Made by a program: the position numbers and the translations under genes. This document shows positions 26,783-35,358 of a DNA stretch of 64,000 nucleotides, in pieces (the first letter of the stretch is position 1; each line of letters opens with the position of its first letter). Below the pieces are notes generated by a model. It saw only the letters and a list, made by a program, of their open reading frames with translations. It was not told the DNA's origin and did no database searches. The stretch comes from Pseudolysinimonas sp. (GTDB lineage Bacteria; Actinomycetota; Actinomycetes; Actinomycetales; Microbacteriaceae): assembly GCF_049651805.1 (NCBI RefSeq), contig NZ_JBASCU010000005.1, positions 8,280-72,279 of the forward strand, given 5' to 3'.

Positions 26783-28693
26783 ATGCCCACGAACAAGAAG
26801 GGCGCGCCCGTGCGCGCCGGCAACAAGAACGCCACCGGCGGAGCCAAGAAGGCCCGCTGGAGCACCGAGCAGCGCGCCGCGCAGGGCAAGTCGCCCGTGC
26901 GGCCGCGCGGCACCGCACCGCGACCGGTGCGCGAGCGTCAGGCCGACTCCTCGGAGCGGCGCGACAACGTCGAACGCGGTCAGTCGACCCGCCCCAACTG
27001 GGAACCGCGCGACAAGGCGCCCCGCACGGGTGACCGGTTCGACCGTTCCGCTCGTCCGGCGCGCGAGGGCTACGCCCCGCGTACCGACCGTGCACCGCGC
27101 GACGACCGCGGCTACGCGCCCCGTACCGAGCGCCCCGCCCGCGACGGTTACGCGCCCCGCACCGAACGCCCGACCCGCGACTACGCGCCCCGCACCGACC
27201 GTGCTCCCCGTGACGACCGCGGCTACGCGCCGCGTACCGAGCGTCCGGCCCGCGAGGGCTATGCCCCGCGTACCGAGCGTCCCGCCGGCGACGGCTACGC
27301 CCCGCGTACCGAGCGCCCGCGCTACGACCGCGACGCCGCCCCTCGGAGCGAGCGTCCGGCCCGCGACGCGTACCAGCCCCGCAACCGCGACGGCGCTGAG
27401 TCTCGCAACTACGTGCCCCGCGAGCGCTTCGACCGCGACCGCACCGAGCGTCCGGCCGCCCACCACGCTGAGGATGTCGTGCTCGCCCGCCTCGAGGCGC
27501 AGGCCGTCGACGCGACCGACATGCAGAGCAGCGGTTTCGGCGAACTCGGTCTCGGCCAGAACCTGGTGCGTGTGCTCGCCGAACTCGGCGCCGATACCCC
27601 GTTCCCGATCCAGGCCGCAACGATCCCGTCGGTGCTCGAGGGTCGCGACGTTCTCGGCCGCGGCAAGACCGGCTCCGGTAAGACGATCGCCTTCGGTGCT
27701 CCGCTTGTGGAGCGCCTCCTGCAGTCGCAGAAGGGCTCGACCGAACGGCGCAAGCCGGGCCGTGCCCCGCGCGCGCTGATCCTCGCGCCGACCCGCGAAC
27801 TCGCCCTGCAGATCGACCGCACCATCCAGCCGCTCGCCCAGAGCGTCGGGCTGTTCACCACGCAGATCTACGGCGGCGTGCCCTACGCCCGCCAGACCGG
27901 CGCGATCTCGCGCGGCGTCGACATCATCATCGGCACCCCGGGCCGCATCGGCGACCTCGTGTCGCAGGGCCGGCTCGACCTCTCGCAGGTCGTCATCACG
28001 GTTCTCGATGAGGCCGACCACATGTGTGAGCTCGGGTTCCTCGAGCCCGTGCGCGAGCTGTTGCAGCGCACGAGCGACGGTGGCCAGAAGCTGCTCTACT
28101 CGGCGACGCTCGACTCCGGTGTCGCGTCGCTCGTCGAGGAGTTCCTCGTCGACCCGGCCGTCTACGAGATCTCCGGTGAAGACCAGGCCTCGAGCGACAT
28201 CCGCCACGTGGCGTTCCTGCTCGAGCAGCGTGACAAGCAAGACGTGCTGATCGAGCTAGCCGCCGGGCCCGGCAAGAAGCTGGTCTTCGCGCGCACCCGC
28301 GCGTTCGCCGAGCAGCTCGCCGACCTCCTCGACGAGGCCGGCATCCGCGCCGAGTCGATCCACGGCGACCTCAACCAGTCACGCCGCACCCGGGCGCTCG
28401 AGAAGTTCACGAGCGGTCGCGTCACGGTGCTCGTCGCCACGGATGTCGCCGCCCGCGGCATTCACGTCGACGACATCGAACTCGTCATCCAGGCCGACGC
28501 GCCCGACGAGTACAAGGCGTACCTGCACCGTTCGGGCCGCACCGGCCGCGCCGGCAAGGAGGGCACCGTCGTGACCCTCGTGCCGCGCAACCGTCGTCGC
28601 AAGACCGAGGATCTGCTCGCTCGCGCCGAGATCACTCCCGAGTGGATTCCGGTGCGCCCCGGCGACCAGGCGATCGCCGACCTCGCCGGCTGA
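26783..28693 (+). CDS. DEAD-box ATP-dependent RNA helicase with repeat-rich N-terminal extension
   Basis: Q motif FPIQ, GKTGSGKT, DEAD-type box VLDEAD, SAT, HRSGRTGRAG. About 230 aa of Arg/Pro/Asp-rich N-terminus. Confidence 0.9.
   Translation: MPTNKKGAPVRAGNKNATGGAKKARWSTEQRAAQGKSPVRPRGTAPRPVRERQADSSERRDNVERGQSTRPNWEPRDKAPRTGDRFDRSARPAREGYAPRTDRAPRDDRGYAPRTERPARDGYAPRTERPTRDYAPRTDRAPRDDRGYAPRTERPAREGYAPRTERPAGDGYAPRTERPRYDRDAAPRSERPARDAYQPRNRDGAESRNYVPRERFDRDRTERPAAHHAEDVVLARLEAQAVDATDMQSSGFGELGLGQNLVRVLAELGADTPFPIQAATIPSVLEGRDVLGRGKTGSGKTIAFGAPLVERLLQSQKGSTERRKPGRAPRALILAPTRELALQIDRTIQPLAQSVGLFTTQIYGGVPYARQTGAISRGVDIIIGTPGRIGDLVSQGRLDLSQVVITVLDEADHMCELGFLEPVRELLQRTSDGGQKLLYSATLDSGVASLVEEFLVDPAVYEISGEDQASSDIRHVAFLLEQRDKQDVLIELAAGPGKKLVFARTRAFAEQLADLLDEAGIRAESIHGDLNQSRRTRALEKFTSGRVTVLVATDVAARGIHVDDIELVIQADAPDEYKAYLHRSGRTGRAGKEGTVVTLVPRNRRRKTEDLLARAEITPEWIPVRPGDQAIADLAG
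27068..27394 (+). repeat. in-frame tandem repeat, about 36-nt period, inside the helicase gene
   Basis: Seven clear YAPRT(E/D)R units plus degenerate copies. Copies differ at synonymous positions. Confidence 0.75.
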
Positions 28694-28777
28694 CGCGCGA
28701 GCGGCTGACGCGCGAGCGGCTGAGCATCCGTCGAAAGGCGGAGGCGGTCGGCGCGGGGATGATGTGAGGCTGGAGGC

Positions 28778-30007
28778 ATGACCGCCGCCTCCGTCACTCC
28801 CCGCCCGGCCGCACTCACCGGACGGGTCGTCGCGCCCGACCTCGCGCGCGGCGTGATGCTGTTGTTCATCGTCGTCGCCAACGCACCCTTTTACCTGTGG
28901 GGCCAGCCATCGGGGCTGACGTCGGCGCATCCGCCGGGCGCCACCGGGCTCGACCTGGTGTGGCAGACGATCTCGATCATCGTCGTCGACGGTCGCTCGT
29001 ACCCGATGTTCGCGTTCCTCTTCGGGTACGGCATCTGGCAGCTCTACCGGCGGCAGGCCGAAGCCGGCGTCGACCAGGCGACCGCACGCCGGCTGCTGCG
29101 CAAGCGTCACCTCTGGATGATCGCCTTCGGCGGGGTGCACGCCCTGCTGCTCTGGATGGGTGACGTCGTCGGTGCCTACGGCCTCGCGGGCCTCATCCTC
29201 GCCGCGATCTTCCTCGACCGTCGGGACTTCGCGCTCAAGCTCACCGCCGGCATCCTCGCGGGCCTCACCGCGATGTGGGCGCTCTCGGCTCTGGCCGCCG
29301 GACTTCTGTTGCCCGCGGTGCTTCCACCCGGCGCGTTCTCGATGCCGAGCGGTGAGGATGTCGACTTGCTGCGGTTTGCGCAGGCCGAAGACAACTACCT
29401 CATCGCGGCAGCGTTGCGCATCGGATTGTGGGTCGTGGTGACGGCGGCGCAGTTGTTGGGCTTCATCATCCCGATCGCCATCCTCATCGCCCTCGTCGCC
29501 GCCCGCGCGGGGGTGCTCGAGCAGCCCGAGAATCACCTGCCGCTGCTGCGCCGCGTCGCGATCGGCGGCATCGCCATCGCCTGGGGCACCGGCATCCTGG
29601 TCGCCCTCCAGAACGCGGGACAGTTGCTGCCCGACGAGTACGGGTGGGCGTGGCTGGGGCTGAACACTCTCGCCGGCCTGTGCGGCGGCCTCGGATACGT
29701 CGCTGTCTTCGGGCTGATCGCCGCCCGGGTCCGCGAACGCCCGCCCGGCATCGTTCGGGGTGCGCTTCAGGCGCTCGGCAAGCGCTCTCTGTCGGGGTAC
29801 CTCGCCCAGTCGGTGGTCTTCGCGCCGCTCATGAGCGCGTGGGGTTTCGGCCTCGGCACCCACCTGTCGAGCTGGTCGATCACGGTGATCGCCATCGCGA
29901 CCTGGCTGGTGACCGTCGTGCTCGCCGCGCTCCTCGAGCGCGGCGGCAAGCGTGGCCCTGCCGAATGGGCGCTGCGGCGCCTCGTCTACCCGCGGGACGC
30001 TAGCTGA
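28778..30007 (+). CDS. DUF418-domain membrane protein (YeiB-like)
   Basis: 409-aa multi-TM ORF. N-terminal VAPDLARGVMLLFIVVAN pattern. Confidence 0.7.
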   Translation: MTAASVTPRPAALTGRVVAPDLARGVMLLFIVVANAPFYLWGQPSGLTSAHPPGATGLDLVWQTISIIVVDGRSYPMFAFLFGYGIWQLYRRQAEAGVDQATARRLLRKRHLWMIAFGGVHALLLWMGDVVGAYGLAGLILAAIFLDRRDFALKLTAGILAGLTAMWALSALAAGLLLPAVLPPGAFSMPSGEDVDLLRFAQAEDNYLIAAALRIGLWVVVTAAQLLGFIIPIAILIALVAARAGVLEQPENHLPLLRRVAIGGIAIAWGTGILVALQNAGQLLPDEYGWAWLGLNTLAGLCGGLGYVAVFGLIAARVRERPPGIVRGALQALGKRSLSGYLAQSVVFAPLMSAWGFGLGTHLSSWSITVIAIATWLVTVVLAALLERGGKRGPAEWALRRLVYPRDAS

Positions 30008-30302
30008 CCCGCACCTCTTTCCAGAAGGCGACGTAGTTCGAGAAGTCGGCGCCGACGCGGTCGACCGCCGACGGGTACAGGCTGGGATACGACCACGCCC
30101 GGTCGGGCAAGGCCTGTCCGTCGACATCCACGGAGAAGTACTGACACGCGCCCTTCCACGGGCAGGTGTACGGGGTCGGCGAGGTGGTGAGAACCTCGTG
30201 CCGCACCGCCGACGGGGGAAAGTACACGTTTCCTTCGACTCGAACGATCTCGGATTCGGGAGCTTCGGCGATGACGACGCCGTTCAGTGTTGCGGAAGGC
30301 AT
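30000..30302 (-). CDS. DUF427 domain protein
   Basis: 100 aa, VEGNVYFP...TCPWKGACQYF pattern. Confidence 0.8.
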   Translation of the reverse strand: MPSATLNGVVIAEAPESEIVRVEGNVYFPPSAVRHEVLTTSPTPYTCPWKGACQYFSVDVDGQALPDRAWSYPSLYPSAVDRVGADFSNYVAFWKEVRVS

Positions 30303-30364
30303 ATCGGGGGGAACCTCTTGTCAAGACTCGGCATTCCCTGAGCACCTTCGGGTTGGCTGGCAAC

Positions 30365-31063
30365 ATGACGAGCTACGGCGACCTCTCGGCGCTCTACCTG
30401 AACTGCACGCTCACCCGCAGCCCGCACCTCAGCAATACGCACGGACTCATGGATCGCACCATCGCGCTCGCCGAGAAGCAGGGGGTGGCGGTCGAATCGG
30501 TGCGCCTCGTCGACTTCGACGTCGCGCCGGGCGTGCAACCCGACATGCGCGTGCAGGGGTGGGCAGCGGATGCCTGGCCCGACGAGCTCTGGCCGAAGGT
30601 TCGGGATGCCGACATCCTCGTGATCGGCACGCCGATCTGGCTGGGCGAGGTGTCGTCGGTCTGTCGCCGTCTCATCGAGCGTCTCTACGCGATGACCGAC
30701 GAGACCAACGCGGCGGGGCAGCCGGTGTTCTACGGCAAGGTCGCCGGGGCGATCGCGACGGGCAACGAGGACGGCGTGAAGAACGTGAACAGGCACCTGC
30801 TCTACGCCCTGCAACACATCGGCTACACGATTCCCCCGGCGGCGGAGACCGGGTGGATCGGCGAGATCGGGCCGGGCCCGAGCTACCTCGACGACGACTC
30901 GGGCGGGCCGCAGAGCGACTACACGAATCGCACCGCCACCGCGATGACGTGGAATCTGTTGCACCTTGCGCGGCTCCTGAAGGATGCCGGTGGCATCCCG
31001 GCTGTCGGCAATGTCGCCGCCCGGTGGGAGGCTGGCGAGCGTTGGGGTTTCGACGCCGGGTGA
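30365..31063 (+). CDS. flavodoxin-like NAD(P)H-dependent FMN reductase family protein
   Basis: ATG at 30365 inside ORF 30287..31063. LYLNCTLTRSP...ILVIGTPIWLG pattern. Confidence 0.7.
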   Translation: MTSYGDLSALYLNCTLTRSPHLSNTHGLMDRTIALAEKQGVAVESVRLVDFDVAPGVQPDMRVQGWAADAWPDELWPKVRDADILVIGTPIWLGEVSSVCRRLIERLYAMTDETNAAGQPVFYGKVAGAIATGNEDGVKNVNRHLLYALQHIGYTIPPAAETGWIGEIGPGPSYLDDDSGGPQSDYTNRTATAMTWNLLHLARLLKDAGGIPAVGNVAARWEAGERWGFDAG

Positions 31064-31121
31064 GGCAATCGGGGAATGGCACAGCGCGCCGAATAGTTCC
31101 GGAAGAGGGGAAGGAGCCCGC

Positions 31122-32021
31122 GTGATCGAATTTCGCAACGTGACGAAACGCTTCGGCGACGAGATCGCCGTCGACGACTTCAGCCTCGTGATCCCCCCGC
31201 GCCAGGTCACCGTGCTCGTCGGCTCGAGCGGCTCGGGCAAGACGACGCTCCTACGCATGATCAACCGCATGGTCGACCCGACCTCGGGCACGGTCGAGAT
31301 CGACGGGGAAGATGTCGCCACCGTGTCGCCGGTCGCTCTGCGCCGCCGGATCGGCTACGTGATGCAGAGTTCGGGACTGCTCCCGCACCGCCGGGTGATC
31401 GACAACGTCGCAACGGTGCCGCGGCTCACCGGCGTGCCGCGTGAGCAGGCGCACGCGCGGGCGCTCGAGCTGATGGATGTCGTGGGCCTCGACCGTGGGT
31501 TCGCGCAGCGCTACCCCGCCGAGCTGTCCGGCGGTCAGCAGCAGCGCGTCGGCGTGGCGCGAGCACTCGCGGTGAAGCCCAACATCCTGCTCATGGACGA
31601 ACCGTTCGGCGCCGTCGACCCGATCGTGCGGGCCGAGCTGCAGCAGGAGGTGCTGCGCATCCAGGACCAGACCGAGACGACGATCGTCTTCGTCACGCAC
31701 GACATCGACGAGGCGTTCCTGCTCGGCGACCAGGTCGTGATCCTCGCCCAGGGTGGACGCATCGTGCAGCGCGGCACGCCCGAGGAGATCCTCGCGGCCC
31801 CGGCCGATGACTTCGTGGCGGCGTTCGTCGGCGCCGACCGCGGCAAGCGGCGGCTGACCGTTTCGACTCACTCGGGTCAGGGCGAAGACAAGGTGCTGGT
31901 GGATGCCGGGGGCTACCCGGTCGGCGTCATCGCGGCGCCCGGGGGCAAGCTCGCCGTCGGAGATGCGAGCCCGAAATCCCGCAGCATCTCCAACAAGACC
32001 GACCAGGCGGGCGACGCCTGA
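31122..32021 (+). CDS. osmoprotectant (glycine betaine/choline-type) ABC transporter ATP-binding protein
   Basis: GTG after GAAGGAG. Walker A GSSGSGKTT, signature LSGGQQQR, Walker B LLMDEPF. Confidence 0.9.
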   Translation: MIEFRNVTKRFGDEIAVDDFSLVIPPRQVTVLVGSSGSGKTTLLRMINRMVDPTSGTVEIDGEDVATVSPVALRRRIGYVMQSSGLLPHRRVIDNVATVPRLTGVPREQAHARALELMDVVGLDRGFAQRYPAELSGGQQQRVGVARALAVKPNILLMDEPFGAVDPIVRAELQQEVLRIQDQTETTIVFVTHDIDEAFLLGDQVVILAQGGRIVQRGTPEEILAAPADDFVAAFVGADRGKRRLTVSTHSGQGEDKVLVDAGGYPVGVIAAPGGKLAVGDASPKSRSISNKTDQAGDA

Positions 32022-32698
32022 TGACCTGGCTGTGGAACAACCTGGATCTCGTCCTGGAGCTCACTGCGGAACACGCTCGGCTCTCGGCCATCCCGATCCT
32101 CATCGGTTTCGCAGCCTCCCTTCCGCTCGGCTGGATCGCGAGCCGCCTTACGTGGCTCCGCGGCATCCTGGTCGGTGTCTTCAACGTGCTCTACACGATT
32201 CCGTCACTCGCGCTCTTCGTCGTGTTGCCCGTCGTGCTCGGCACGCGCATCCTCGACGATCTCAATGTCGTCGTCGCCCTCACGATCTACGCCATCGCGA
32301 TGATGCTGCGCGGCACCGTCGACGCGTTCGGCAGCGTCTCGGGTGACGTGCTGCAATCGGCGACCGCGCAGGGCTATTCGGCGACGTCGCGATTCTGGCG
32401 GGTGCAACTACCGCTCGCCGGACCGGTGCTCCTCGCCAACCTGCGGGTGGTGTCGGTCAGCACCGTCTCCCTGCTGAGTGTCGCGGCCCTGATCGGTTCG
32501 GGTGGCCTCGGGTACCTGTTCACCAACGGCTTCCAGCGCTACTTCATCGAGGAGATCGTCATCGGCATCGTCTTCACGGTGCTTCTCGCGTTGCTCTTCG
32601 ACGCGATTCTCGTGATCGCCGGCCGCCTGCTGATGCCCTGGTCCCGACGCTCGACACCTCCGACGCGGAATGCTCTCGTGAAGGCGAGGACCGCATGA
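32021..32698 (+). CDS. ABC transporter permease
   Basis: 225-aa multi-TM ORF abutting the ATPase gene. Confidence 0.88.
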   Translation: MTWLWNNLDLVLELTAEHARLSAIPILIGFAASLPLGWIASRLTWLRGILVGVFNVLYTIPSLALFVVLPVVLGTRILDDLNVVVALTIYAIAMMLRGTVDAFGSVSGDVLQSATAQGYSATSRFWRVQLPLAGPVLLANLRVVSVSTVSLLSVAALIGSGGLGYLFTNGFQRYFIEEIVIGIVFTVLLALLFDAILVIAGRLLMPWSRRSTPPTRNALVKARTA

Positions 32699-33477
32699 CC
32701 TTCCTGCTGGAAGCGCTGGCCTTCATCTTCGATGGTGAGTCCTGGGCCGGATCCACCGGTATCGGCGCGCGACTACTTCAGCATCTCGGGATCACCGGGT
32801 TGAGCGTCCTCATCGCGGCGGCGGTGGCCGTCCCGCTCGGGTTGCTGATCGGCCACAGCGGTCGCGGGCGGGCCTTCGTCATCGGCTTCACCGGCGCCGC
32901 TCGCGCGCTTCCGACGTTCGGGGTATTGATCCTGTTCGTACTGATCGGCATCAACTTCGGGCTGGGGCTGAGCCTCGGCCCCGTGATCGCGGTGCTCGTC
33001 ATCCTCGCCGTTCCGCCGCTTCTCGCGGGGGCCTACTCGGGAGTCGAGGCGGTCGACCGCCAGACGATCGACGCCGCCCGCGCGCAGGGGATGACGGAGT
33101 GGCAGATCCTCACCCGCGTCGAACTCCCGCTCGCGCTTCCGCTGCTTGTCGGCGGGCTGCGGGCGACGACCCTCCAGGTCGTCGCCACGGCGACCATCGC
33201 GGCCTACGTCGCGCAGGGCGGACTCGGCCGGTACCTGATCGAGGGCATCCAGGTGCGCGACTACACGCGTGCCGTGGTGGGCGCGCTCCTCGTCGCCGCC
33301 CTCGCCCTGCTCCTCGACGCGCTCCTCGCCGTCGCCCAAAAGCTCGTCACGCCGCGCGGGGTGTTCCGCGGCGAGACGCGAATCGGTGCCCCGCGCACCA
33401 CAAGCACCACCGGCAGTACCGCGCAGCGGCCGTCCCGGTCGCTCGATGCCACCCGGACACCCGTCACGGAAGGATGA
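32695..33477 (+). CDS. ABC transporter permease
   Basis: 260-aa multi-TM ORF. 4-nt overlap with the upstream permease. Confidence 0.88.
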   Translation: MTFLLEALAFIFDGESWAGSTGIGARLLQHLGITGLSVLIAAAVAVPLGLLIGHSGRGRAFVIGFTGAARALPTFGVLILFVLIGINFGLGLSLGPVIAVLVILAVPPLLAGAYSGVEAVDRQTIDAARAQGMTEWQILTRVELPLALPLLVGGLRATTLQVVATATIAAYVAQGGLGRYLIEGIQVRDYTRAVVGALLVAALALLLDALLAVAQKLVTPRGVFRGETRIGAPRTTSTTGSTAQRPSRSLDATRTPVTEG

Positions 33478-34409
33478 ATCGGATGTTCTCTCGCACCATG
33501 AAGCGCGCCGCTGTCGGCGCGCTGTCGCTGGGGGTCGGCGCGCTCGTGCTCGCCGGCTGCGCGACGGCCGACCCGCTCGACTCAGGGAACGGCGGCGACA
33601 CCGGCGACACGATCACGATCGGCAACCAGGCATTCCCCGAGAGCGAGCTGCTCGCGCAGATCTACGGACAGGTGCTCGCGGCGAATGGCTATGAGGTGGA
33701 ATACGAGGCCGGCATCGGCTCGCGCGAAACTTTCATCGCCGCGCTGCAAGACGGGTCGATCGACCTGATCCCCGACTACGCCGGCAACGCGCTGGTCTAC
33801 GCGAACCCGGATGCCCAGGAGACGTCGGCCGAAGACGTCGAGGCGGCGCTCCCCGCGGCTCTCGAACCGCTCGGGCTGGCTGTCACGGAGGCCGCGCCGG
33901 GTGAGGACTCGGATGCGCTCGTCGTGACCGCGGAGTTCGCGGAGGCCAACGACCTCACGACGATCGGCGACCTCGCCCCGCTGTCGGCTGAGATCACCCT
34001 CGGCGCCAACACCGAGTTCGAGCCCCGCTGGCGCGACGGCCTCGCCGAGGTCTACGGCTTCGAGGGCTTCACGTTCAAGGCGATCGACGACTACGGCGGC
34101 CCGGGAACCCTGGCCGACCTGCTTGCCGGCGCCATCCAGGTGGCCGACATCTACACGACGACCCCGTCGATCGCCGCGAACGACCTCGTCGTTCTCGAAG
34201 ACGATCTCGACCTGTTCGCCGCGCAGAACATCATCCCGTTGCTCAACGCCGAGGTGCTGACCGACGAGATCGCCGACCTGCTCGACGAGGTCTCGGCGCT
34301 CATCACGACGGAGGTGTTGCTCGAGCTGAACGCCGAGATGGCCGGCGATGCCAAGCCCTCCGCGGCCGACGTCGCGGAAGCCTGGCTCACCGAGCAGGGG
34401 CTGCTCTAA
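33474..34409 (+). CDS. glycine betaine-type ABC transporter substrate-binding lipoprotein
   Basis: ATGA overlap. Lipobox LVLAGCA. OpuAC-like body (ITIGNQAFPESELLAQIYG). Confidence 0.85.
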   Translation: MNRMFSRTMKRAAVGALSLGVGALVLAGCATADPLDSGNGGDTGDTITIGNQAFPESELLAQIYGQVLAANGYEVEYEAGIGSRETFIAALQDGSIDLIPDYAGNALVYANPDAQETSAEDVEAALPAALEPLGLAVTEAAPGEDSDALVVTAEFAEANDLTTIGDLAPLSAEITLGANTEFEPRWRDGLAEVYGFEGFTFKAIDDYGGPGTLADLLAGAIQVADIYTTTPSIAANDLVVLEDDLDLFAAQNIIPLLNAEVLTDEIADLLDEVSALITTEVLLELNAEMAGDAKPSAADVAEAWLTEQGLL

Positions 34410-35275
34410 GCCGCGGGTGGGACTGCCAGCACGGCCGCCGAGGCGAGCGCGAGCAGCAGTCCCACCCACTGCACGGGCGCGATGCGTTCCCGCAGCACGA
34501 GAGCGGCGAGGGCGATCGTGCCGCCTGGGTACAGCGCGGCGAGCACGCTCATCACGGTGAGGTCGCCCATCCGCAGCCCGGTGAGGATCAGCACGTTGGC
34601 GGCGGCATCCGCGATTCCGCAGGCGACGATGAGCCCCCACGCCCCGCGCAGCCCGGGGAAGGCAGGCACGCTACGCCGACGCGCTCGCACCAGCAGCACC
34701 GCGAGCACGACGAGCAGGATCGCCCCGGCGACGACGCGGTTCGCGACGATCGGGTACAGCCCCGAATCGGCGGGGGCTTGGTCGACGAGGATGAAGAAGC
34801 AGCCGATGAGGATGCCGGAGAAGGTCGCGTAGACGAGCCCGCGCAGGCGGGGCCGCACGGCGCCCTTCTCGGGCACGAACCCGACGAGCACGATCGCGAC
34901 GAGCACCCCGCCGAGGGCGAGGTAGCCCCACCACGGCAGCCGCTCCCCGCCGACGAGGCCCCAGGTCATCGGCACGATCGCCGAGAGCACGGCGGTGAGC
35001 GGCGAGAGGATGCTCATCGGTCCTATCGCGAGCGCGGCGTAGAGCAGAAAGATGGCCGCCGCCCCCGTCACACCCGAGAGCCCGCCCCAGAGCACCGCCT
35101 CGTACGACAGGCGGGCCGGCACCAGCAGCGCGATCGGCACCAGTGCGGCGAGCCCGACGAGCGCGACGAACGCGGTGACGACGACCGCGGGGGTGCGTTT
35201 CGCGGCGAGTCCGCCGAAGAAGTCCGCGACTCCGTAGGTGACGGCGCTCGCCAGTCCGATGACGATCGCCAGCAC
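34406..35275 (-). CDS. EamA/DMT family transporter
   Basis: 289 aa, ten hydrophobic segments, duplicated EamA pattern. Confidence 0.85.
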   Translation of the reverse strand: MLAIVIGLASAVTYGVADFFGGLAAKRTPAVVVTAFVALVGLAALVPIALLVPARLSYEAVLWGGLSGVTGAAAIFLLYAALAIGPMSILSPLTAVLSAIVPMTWGLVGGERLPWWGYLALGGVLVAIVLVGFVPEKGAVRPRLRGLVYATFSGILIGCFFILVDQAPADSGLYPIVANRVVAGAILLVVLAVLLVRARRRSVPAFPGLRGAWGLIVACGIADAAANVLILTGLRMGDLTVMSVLAALYPGGTIALAALVLRERIAPVQWVGLLLALASAAVLAVPPAA

Positions 35276-35358
35276 CTCCCCAAGCTACCGCGACGGCCTC
35301 CATCCCCGGGTCGCGTCCCGGAGGCCGGGGGATCGGCGGTGCGTCGTAGGGTGGGCGC

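Noticed and set aside
26708-28240. Long antisense ORFs, for example 26708..28240(-). Similar cases are 13032..14534(-), 28379..30127(-), 38464..39840(-), 53014..54939(-), 58715..60100(-) and 61741..63495(-).
   Set aside because: Each lies opposite a gene with unmistakable conserved motifs. Their products are Arg/Gly/Pro/Ala-rich with no recognisable domains, which is typical of open antisense frames in very GC-rich DNA.
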